From the IMG/VR virus record IMGVR_UViG_3300014208_000021, positions 1-30,520 of that record: a stretch of 30,520 nucleotides of DNA; one strand, 5' to 3'. The DNA is from a virus. The notes below the pieces were generated by a model that was given only the letters and a program-made list of their open reading frames with translations, had not been told where the DNA came from and ran no database searches. The first letter of the stretch is position 1; every line of letters begins with the position of its first letter. A program made the translations under genes and the position numbers. Positions 24,535 through 30,520 of the stretch are shown piece by piece.

Positions 24535-25812
24535 ATGCTTATCAATTTCAAAGAATATACGAAGGAGATGGCAAAACAGTTCGCCGATGCCATCCAAAAG
24601 AACTTTTCATTAAAGGCCGAAAAACAGCCAAAAGGTAATGGAGAATTTGAGGTTATTGCGACAACTTCTTCTGTTGATCGTGATGGGGAGACGATTAGTG
24701 CTGATGGTTGGGTATTAGAAAATTACATGAAAAATCCTGTTATTCTTTGGGCTCATGAATATTTTTCTTTACCGATTGGGGTAGCTACCGAGGTGCGGAA
24801 AGAAGACGGAAAAATTATTGTTAAGGGAGTTTTTGCAAGTCATGAATTTGCGCAGGAGGTGAGGAAACTATATGATGATGGATTTTTAAAGGCGGTTTCA
24901 GTTGGATTTATTCCAATCGAGAGAAATGGCCCTGCGATTGCAAAAGCCGAACTTTTAGAGCTTTCTTTTGTCCCTGTTCCATCTAATGCCGATGCTTTAT
25001 CTTTGACGAAAATGAAAGAAATTCAAACTATTTATAAAACAGTGGTTGCGGAGCATGAGACTCCTATGGCCGATGAAGGGATGGAATGGGATGCGTCCGG
25101 AGCGGAAAAAAGAATGATGGATTCGTGCATGTCTAAAAATGATGCAGGGGAAGACGTTGTGGATTGGGAAAAATATTCAAAATGTTTTGCATGGTACGAT
25201 GAAGCGAACAAGGAAACTGTAGGCGCTTATAAATTGCCACATCATGACATTGTTGACGGTGAAATGAAGGTCTTATGGAAGGGTGTATATTCCGCCATGG
25301 CCGCTCTCTTGGGCGCGCGTGGTGGCGTTGAAATTCAAGAAGAAGATAAACAAGGGGTATACGATCACATTAAAAAACATTACGAACAGTTTGGGAAGGA
25401 TGTTCCAGAGTTAAAAGAATACACACAAATTGATCTCGACAAACTCTTTCCTGAGTTTGCGGAAAATGTTGATGATGATAGCCAAAAAGATATTTATTTT
25501 TCCTTAATCTCTCTTAAACATAGCGTTTTAAAACAGATTGATGGCGCACTATCGCGCTTCAATGTTCCAAGCGCACAAGTTAAAGAGGGACGCGTTATCT
25601 CGACAAAGAATAGGGGCCTAATCGAGACAACGGTGAAATCTTTGGGAGATGCACAGTCTCTACTTACTGAGCTACTCGAAGCGTCCGAGCCAAAGGATAG
25701 CGACCTACAAAAGGCCGCTGACCAAAACCTCAAGGCGTTACAGAGTTGTGATAAGGTGATTGAAGCGGCAATTCTCCAAGCAAAACAGGCCTCAAAACTT
25801 TTTAGAAAATAA
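24535..25812 (+). CDS. Prohead serine protease (HK97/S78-like) with a C-terminal extension of about 250 aa, possibly a scaffold
   Basis: FEVIATTSSVDRDGETISADGW...PVILWAHEY..LPIGV...AVSVGF fits the caudoviral prohead protease. The extension carries AYKLPHHD...GARGGV and ends in a helical tail. Confidence 0.85.
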   Translation: MLINFKEYTKEMAKQFADAIQKNFSLKAEKQPKGNGEFEVIATTSSVDRDGETISADGWVLENYMKNPVILWAHEYFSLPIGVATEVRKEDGKIIVKGVFASHEFAQEVRKLYDDGFLKAVSVGFIPIERNGPAIAKAELLELSFVPVPSNADALSLTKMKEIQTIYKTVVAEHETPMADEGMEWDASGAEKRMMDSCMSKNDAGEDVVDWEKYSKCFAWYDEANKETVGAYKLPHHDIVDGEMKVLWKGVYSAMAALLGARGGVEIQEEDKQGVYDHIKKHYEQFGKDVPELKEYTQIDLDKLFPEFAENVDDDSQKDIYFSLISLKHSVLKQIDGALSRFNVPSAQVKEGRVISTKNRGLIETTVKSLGDAQSLLTELLEASEPKDSDLQKAADQNLKALQSCDKVIEAAILQAKQASKLFRK

Positions 25813-25824
25813 CAAAACCTTACA

Positions 25825-27012
25825 ATGGACGAAAAAGCTTTACAGGAGACGCTTGCAAAGTTGTTCTCCGAAGGGTTCGAGACGAAACTCGGGCCAGTTG
25901 TTTCTCAGCTCTTAGACGCTAAAGTCAAAGAACTTGGATTGGATAAAATCGATCGAAAATATGGAGCCTTTCCGGGTATGGATGAAAAAGCGATCAATCT
26001 TGTTAATAAAAAGCAAAGAATCGCAAAATTTATTAAGTCCGTATTTTTGAAGGATGCGAAGGCTTTGGCCGAGTTGCAAGTCAAAGGAATGACGGAAGGC
26101 ACCGGCTCCGCCGGAGGATTCCTTGTCCCTGAAGAATTTAACGCAGAAGTTTGCCGAATCGCAAACGATTATGGACTTGTCCGTAAGTTTGCGCGACGCT
26201 TACCTATGGGAACAGACACATTAAATGTTCCTACAGAAGCCACTTCGGTTTCTACCTATTGGAAAACTGAGGCATCCGCCGGGACAGAAAGCAACCCAGT
26301 TTTAGCAAAACCTGTTCTTCTCGCCAACACTTTGACTGGTATTTCTACGATGTCAAATGAGCTTTTAGGGGATGCTAATGTCGATATTGTCGATTACCTC
26401 ATGACCATTTTCGCGGAAGCCATGGCCGGAGAAGAAGATAAACAGGGATTTATGGGGACTGGTTCTCCTTTTACTGGTATTTTAAAAGATACCACCGTAA
26501 ATATTTTGAATATGGGTTCCGGTGATGTGAATTTTGACGATTTTGTTTTGGGAGACTTGATTAGTCTTCGAGCTCAAGTTAAGTCCTCAGTCCTGAAAAC
26601 CTCCGCATATTTCATGCACAGAGAAATTTGGGATTTAGTACAAAATCTTACTGAAAATTCACAGCACATCATGAGTTTCCAAACTCCTATGGTGACTGGG
26701 AACGGTCCAGATCAAGCGAACTCACTCACTCCGGTGGGTGCTTTGCAGGGTTGGCCGGTGTATTGTAACGATAATTTACCTGACGCAGGTGACACGGCGG
26801 TTTCAACCCCGTACATCGTTTTCGGGTCTTTGCCACTTGGTTTATTCCTCGGAGATCGATCACAGATGTCTATGATGATTTCCCAAGAGGGAACCGTCAA
26901 CTCTGTTTCGATGTTTGAGACAAATCAAAGCGCTGTTCGCCTCACTCAACGTGAAGCGATCGTGGTCGGTTTGCCGAAAGCCTTCGCAGTTTTGAAGACA
27001 GCCGCAAGCTGA
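25825..27012 (+). CDS. Major capsid protein, HK97 fold family
   Basis: 395 aa. TGSAGGFLVPEEF is the hallmark motif. It follows the protease and is itself followed by a strong terminator. Confidence 0.9.
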   Translation: MDEKALQETLAKLFSEGFETKLGPVVSQLLDAKVKELGLDKIDRKYGAFPGMDEKAINLVNKKQRIAKFIKSVFLKDAKALAELQVKGMTEGTGSAGGFLVPEEFNAEVCRIANDYGLVRKFARRLPMGTDTLNVPTEATSVSTYWKTEASAGTESNPVLAKPVLLANTLTGISTMSNELLGDANVDIVDYLMTIFAEAMAGEEDKQGFMGTGSPFTGILKDTTVNILNMGSGDVNFDDFVLGDLISLRAQVKSSVLKTSAYFMHREIWDLVQNLTENSQHIMSFQTPMVTGNGPDQANSLTPVGALQGWPVYCNDNLPDAGDTAVSTPYIVFGSLPLGLFLGDRSQMSMMISQEGTVNSVSMFETNQSAVRLTQREAIVVGLPKAFAVLKTAAS

Positions 27013-27019
27013 TAAAAAT

Positions 27020-27046
27020 GGGGGAGGCTAAACCCCTCCCCCTTTT
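27020..27046 (+). terminator. Rho-independent terminator after the capsid gene
   Basis: GGGGGAGG (27020-27027) pairs with CCTCCCCC (27035-27042). The loop is 7 nt and is followed by TTTT. Confidence 0.8.
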
Positions 27047-27066
27047 ACTCCTAATTTTTCAACCAA

Positions 27067-27285
27067 ATGGAAAAATTTTATCAAGTAAAAAGTCTCAGGA
27101 ACTTTTCGTGCATGGGTAAACGCATGGAAAAAGACGAGGTAGGAACATTGTCTGAGTCCGTCGTAAAGGCGGTTGGAAGCGATGTTCAAATCCTTGGTTC
27201 AGTTGGAGACGAAAAAAAGGAAAGTGAACCTATGGAGGAACCTTTCGTCGCTAAACAGTCAAAAAAGGCCCATAAAAAGGGTTAA
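27067..27285 (+). CDS. Hypothetical protein with a basic C-terminus
   Basis: 72-aa ORF. Confidence 0.45.
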   Translation: MEKFYQVKSLRNFSCMGKRMEKDEVGTLSESVVKAVGSDVQILGSVGDEKKESEPMEEPFVAKQSKKAHKKG

Positions 27286-27309
27286 TTTTATTCAATAATC
27301 AATTTCCTC

Positions 27310-27726
27310 ATGTTTAATATAAACGAAGAATATAAGGTGCTTTCCCTGCTCCATGCAGAGGATAAAACAGCGTCCGGAAATTCGACCGGAGTTGCAGTTG
27401 AAGGATATGAAGAAGACATGATCGTCATTTTGGATGTTGGAACCGTATCCGGTACCTTGCCAACCCTAGACGTTGTTGTGAAAACCTCCGATGCTTCCGG
27501 TGGTACATATACGACAGTTGCCACCTTTGGACAGGTTACGGCGGCGAGTAAAGTTGGGGCCGTCTCCCTTTCCGTCGAAGGATTAAATAGTGCATCCGAT
27601 GAGCAAAAGTATGTCCGTGTAGACTATACGATTGGAGGGACAACTCCACATTTTAACATGTCCGTTGTCGCACTAGCAAAAGTTAAAATCGCTCAAGCTT
27701 CTTTAAACGCTTCGACTCCCGCATAA
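27310..27726 (+). CDS. Possible capsid decoration or other abundant head protein
   Basis: 138 aa, Thr/Val/Gly-rich beta-type composition. It sits close to the capsid gene, downstream of that gene's terminator, and has a terminator of its own. The call is by position only. Confidence 0.3.
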   Translation: MFNINEEYKVLSLLHAEDKTASGNSTGVAVEGYEEDMIVILDVGTVSGTLPTLDVVVKTSDASGGTYTTVATFGQVTAASKVGAVSLSVEGLNSASDEQKYVRVDYTIGGTTPHFNMSVVALAKVKIAQASLNASTPA

Positions 27727-27731
27727 TTTTC

Positions 27732-27768
27732 GGGGGCGAACGGCGCTTCATGCCTTATTTTCGCCCCC
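27732..27768 (+). terminator. Hairpin terminator candidate
   Basis: GGGGGCGAA (27732-27740) pairs with TTCGCCCCC (27760-27768), 9 bp. The loop is 19 nt. The hairpin is followed by the T-rich TTAATTTTTCTTTTTT. Confidence 0.55.
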
Positions 27769-27784
27769 TTAATTTTTCTTTTTT

Positions 27785-28369
27785 ATGACAGCTCTTGCTT
27801 ACGCACTCACATCCGTCGCTAATGTAAAAACTTATCTCGGTATAAGTGTTTCAACCTACGACGCATTGCTTGAGGATATGGTTGACGCTTGCACTGAATG
27901 GATTGAAAAATATATTGGTGGTCGGCGCATTTTTGACGATGCGGCGACAACTGAATATCACGACGGAGCGGAGCTAGGGCTCACAAAGTGTTCAATTTTC
28001 CTTAAACGCTGGCCGATAAACTCGGTTACAGGGATTTACTATAGAACGGGAGACTACGATTCACCAACATGGAACGTATACGATGCAGGGAATGATTATA
28101 TTTTAAATAGCACGACAAGAGAAATTTATTTTCCAGGTGGTCTCCCCGTTGGTGTCCAAAATATAAAGGTTGTTTACCGTGGAGGATTTACGGTGGTCCC
28201 GGACGACATTTCTTTTGCGTGCAAAAAACTTGTGGCAAAAGAGTTTGAACGTCGAAAAGCTCAAGGGATAACAACTGAAAGCGTCGGTGGTATGTCAATT
28301 TCGTGGTACGATGGGCTTGATACCAGTACAAAAGAAATTTTAAACGGTTATAAAAACTTTTCTTTTTAA
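27785..28369 (+). CDS. Head-tail connector (gp6-like adaptor)
   Basis: SVANVKTYLGISVSTYDALLEDMVDACTEWIEKYIGGR matches the gp6-like pattern (l..vK.hLri....D.li..li.aA...ie.y.gr). It is longer than usual at 194 aa. Confidence 0.55.
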   Translation: MTALAYALTSVANVKTYLGISVSTYDALLEDMVDACTEWIEKYIGGRRIFDDAATTEYHDGAELGLTKCSIFLKRWPINSVTGIYYRTGDYDSPTWNVYDAGNDYILNSTTREIYFPGGLPVGVQNIKVVYRGGFTVVPDDISFACKKLVAKEFERRKAQGITTESVGGMSISWYDGLDTSTKEILNGYKNFSF

Positions 28370-28370
28370 A

Positions 28371-28685
28371 ATGTTCTCACAATTCAAAACTCCGGCTACA
28401 ATAAAAAAGCTTTCTACTTATACTCTCGATAAGTCTTCTTATGCTACCGTTTCTGGCGTAACGATTTATGGGTGGTTCAATGTCGTATCTCCCTCAATGC
28501 AGATGATCTCTCAAGGGGTTTTCTCCCAATCGTATGAGTATTATTGCGATGGGTCCGAAGATGTAGACGATGGCGATATTCTAACGATTGATGGTGTTAC
28601 TTATGGAGTAAGAGGAACTTCTTTACATACCCTTGCTAGTATTTCTGTTTTAAAATGTCTTTTGGAAAAGAAGCAAAATGAGTAA
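28371..28685 (+). CDS. Head closure / head-tail joining protein (by position)
   Basis: 104 aa, between the adaptor-like and gp10-like genes. Confidence 0.35.
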   Translation: MFSQFKTPATIKKLSTYTLDKSSYATVSGVTIYGWFNVVSPSMQMISQGVFSQSYEYYCDGSEDVDDGDILTIDGVTYGVRGTSLHTLASISVLKCLLEKKQNE

Positions 28686-29142
28686 AGATTTTTCGATTTC
28701 GATTGGCGGCATAAAAGAAATTTCGGCGGCTTTTAAGTCGTCACCTGTTTTAGTTTCAAAAAGGATAAACGAAGCCATTAAAAAATCAATAATAACTCTG
28801 TTAGGAGAGGCAAGAAAAGCAGAGACCGCGGTCGATACTGGATACCTACGGAGCCCCAGCATGAAAACTGAGTTTGGAAACATGACTGGAAGCTTAAAAA
28901 ATACGTCGAAATATTCCATTTTTGTGCACGAAGGGACGCGCCCGCATTGGCCCCCAATTCAAGCGATTACTCCGTGGGCTAAACGCCATGGAATACCACC
29001 ATTTTTAGTGGCTCGATCTATCGCGAGGAAAGGGACAAAAGCAGTTCCATTTTTTGACATTGCAGTACAAAAGAGTCAAAATAGAATTGATCAATATTTT
29101 AGTTTGGCAACGGAAAATATCACTAAAGACCTCGCAGTATGA
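28678..29142 (+). CDS. HK97 gp10-like tail/neck component
   Basis: KYSIFVHEGTRPHWPP resembles the yA..vE.GT motif of the gp10 family. The position fits. Confidence 0.5.
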   Translation: MSKDFSISIGGIKEISAAFKSSPVLVSKRINEAIKKSIITLLGEARKAETAVDTGYLRSPSMKTEFGNMTGSLKNTSKYSIFVHEGTRPHWPPIQAITPWAKRHGIPPFLVARSIARKGTKAVPFFDIAVQKSQNRIDQYFSLATENITKDLAV

Positions 29143-29549
29143 GTTATGAAGCTTTAATCACTACAATCAATACGAAACTTTCAACCGTAACTGAGCTTGC
29201 GGTTGTTAAAAAATATCACACGACCGAGTTTACCGGATACCCGGCCGCCACAGTCGAAATGTCTTCTAATGAAAATATAGAAATGACCACGACGGAAAAC
29301 CTTATAGACTACAATTTTGACATAATCGTACACCAAGAAATAACAAAAGCCGGGCGTTCGGAAGCTCATCGAATTTTAGCTCAAGCGGTTGATGCAATTA
29401 TAGCGGCTTTTAATAATGATTATACTCTAGGTGGAGCCATAAATTTCGCACATGCTATTATGGGTACAAAAGGAGAATATCAGGCAAGCAATTCAATCGT
29501 ACTTTATTATGTTTTTACATTAAAATGCGTTAAGTTGGTTGCGATTTAA
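29139..29549 (+). CDS. Tail terminator / tail completion protein (by position)
   Basis: 136 aa, the last gene before the major tail gene. Confidence 0.35.
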   Translation: MSYEALITTINTKLSTVTELAVVKKYHTTEFTGYPAATVEMSSNENIEMTTTENLIDYNFDIIVHQEITKAGRSEAHRILAQAVDAIIAAFNNDYTLGGAINFAHAIMGTKGEYQASNSIVLYYVFTLKCVKLVAI

Positions 29550-29567
29550 AAGTCTTTTTAGTATAAT
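29539..29567 (+). promoter_or_regulatory. Promoter candidate: TTGCGA, 17-nt spacer, TATAAT
   Basis: TTGCGA at 29539-29544 and TATAAT at 29562-29567, upstream of the small ORF and the major tail gene. Confidence 0.4.
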
Positions 29568-29591
29568 AAAATCATCACTAAACTTTCTCTT

Positions 29592-29738
29592 ATGGCTTCA
29601 CAAAAAAAACAATCAACAAAGCAAGTAGAATCTGAACCTCTACAACCTTTTTATTTTCCGGACGTTGTGAATGGCACGACGATCATGGCTAAAAACCAAG
29701 AGGAAGCTATGGAAATTATCAAAAATTTAAAAGTTTAA
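29592..29738 (+). CDS. Hypothetical mini-protein (48 aa), below the ORF-track cutoff
   Basis: Hand-translated as MASQKKQSTKQVESEPLQPFYFPDVVNGTTIMAKNQEEAMEIIKNLKV. It fills the gap before the major tail gene. Confidence 0.4.
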   Translation: MASQKKQSTKQVESEPLQPFYFPDVVNGTTIMAKNQEEAMEIIKNLKV

Positions 29739-29756
29739 TTTTTAAATAAAAACCCC

Positions 29757-30520
29757 ATGCCCAACTTTATTGGAAGAAAACGCAAAATCGGTATTGGAAA
29801 AGAGACAACCGCAGGTACAGCGGTTGCCGCAACAGACTGGATGCCTTTAACAAAGCCGGGTTTCAAGCCCGTCTCTGAAAAAGCCGTTGATTCTAGCGCG
29901 TATGGAAACATTGATGAAATTTACTCGAAAGAAACTACAAAAAATATGACCGAGGTTTCAGTCGAAGGAATTGTTAGGGATGGTTGGTCTGGGCTTTTGC
30001 TCCTCGCTTCACTAGGTAGTGAATCGCTTTGTGTTTATGGGATACTTTCAACCGTGACTGGGACGTTTGTGGTAGGGGAAACCGTTACCGGCGGAACCTC
30101 AGGCGCAACGGGGACAGTAAAGAGGCTTGAAGGAACAACCATTATGTATATTACGGTTTTGACTAGTACATTTACGAGTGGAGAGACGATCACTGGTGGC
30201 ACATCATCGGCGACTGCTACTTTAACCTATGACACAACGGCGCGCGCACATATCTTTGAGAGGTTAAATACGAACGCACATCCAACTTTCACCTTAGTGA
30301 AATCTGATGACGTTGACACTCAAAATTCTTCTTATTGTATGCTCGATAAAATTGATCTTGAAACTGCTGTCGGAGACTTTTCTAAATTCGTCGCAGTATT
30401 TAAGGGAAAACAGATGACTACAACCACGGCGACATCATCCTACGTCGCGGCGAACGCATTTTTAGCAAAATATGCAAAACTTTATTTTGCAGATACGGTT
30501 GCACTACTTAGCGCCGCTTC
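29757..30520 (+). CDS. Major tail (tube) protein, 5' part. The full gene is join(29757..30397,1..523), 387 aa.
   Basis: ATG at 29757 is the first start after an in-frame TAA. I translated it by hand and found no stop up to the window end. It is in the same frame as track ORF 17-523 once the repeat is collapsed. It sits between the tail-terminator-like gene and the G/GT chaperones. It is absent from the ORF track because it is open-ended. Confidence 0.8.
   Translation, partial: MPNFIGRKRKIGIGKETTAGTAVAATDWMPLTKPGFKPVSEKAVDSSAYGNIDEIYSKETTKNMTEVSVEGIVRDGWSGLLLLASLGSESLCVYGILSTVTGTFVVGETVTGGTSGATGTVKRLEGTTIMYITVLTSTFTSGETITGGTSSATATLTYDTTARAHIFERLNTNAHPTFTLVKSDDVDTQNSSYCMLDKIDLETAVGDFSKFVAVFKGKQMTTTTATSSYVAANAFLAKYAKLYFADTVALLSAA
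30398..30520. repeat. Terminal direct repeat, copy 2 (identical to 1-123)
   Basis: Same comparison. This is either the overlap of a circular assembly or genuine terminal redundancy. Confidence 0.97.

Noticed and set aside
1309-29369. All minus-strand ORFs in the track (for example 1309-1620, 2313-2645, 4864-5241, 12835-13095, 18765-19043, 22633-22920, 23031-23432, 27288-27524, 28650-28919)
   Set aside because: Each is nested antisense within a longer, motif-supported + strand gene. Several are mirror images of low-complexity coding sequence. None has its own promoter-like signal.
1-30520. Stop-codon reassignment (TGA or TAG read as sense)
   Set aside because: All large conserved genes (terL, portal, protease, capsid, tape measure) are intact under the standard code. 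TAA, TAG and TGA are all used as terminators. The gaps in the ORF track are explained by sub-60-aa ORFs, the frameshift, the contig junction and non-coding elements.

Overview
This window is a complete tailed dsDNA phage genome with an HK97-type head and a siphovirus-like tail. Bases 1-123 are repeated exactly at 30398-30520, so the unique length is 30,397 bp. The contig is therefore either circularly closed or terminally redundant, and the major tail gene reads across the junction. Every credible gene is on the + strand, and the sequence is AT-rich by eye.

The late module runs from 18.8 kb, across the junction, to 10.2 kb. In order it encodes TerS, TerL, a portal fused to a MuF-like domain, a 534-aa unknown protein, an HK97-type prohead protease with a long C-terminal extension, the major capsid protein, head-tail connectors and the major tail protein. 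These are followed by G/GT chaperones with a -1 frameshift on an A9 run, the tape measure, Dit, a fibre, a Tal-like protein with two CBM-like inserts, and a five-gene lysis cassette.

The early module (10.7-18.8 kb) encodes an XRE/Cro-like regulator, a PD-(D/E)xK nuclease with a possible annealing partner, and lambda NinG-like and NinB-like proteins. It also encodes a winged-helix protein and many small ORFs. Several of these, including two zinc ribbons, fall below the ORF-track cutoff.

The non-coding observations worth a second look are:
- a 114-nt tRNA-like RNA at 13561-13678 with a perfect 8-bp acceptor-like helix and a textbook T-arm but a non-tRNA core;
- five exact copies of TAAACTTGACT, read as a promoter family;
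- a cluster of TTTTGCACAA sites next to an AT-rich tract, which could be operators or an origin;
- a 26-bp-stem hairpin at the late/early boundary;
- a genome-wide lack of Shine-Dalgarno sequences, with two leaderless-looking promoter geometries.

I did not recognise an integrase, a replication initiator, helicase, primase or polymerase, a CRISPR array, a reverse transcriptase or a known defence system. All protein calls rest on motifs I recognise by eye and on gene order, not on database searches.
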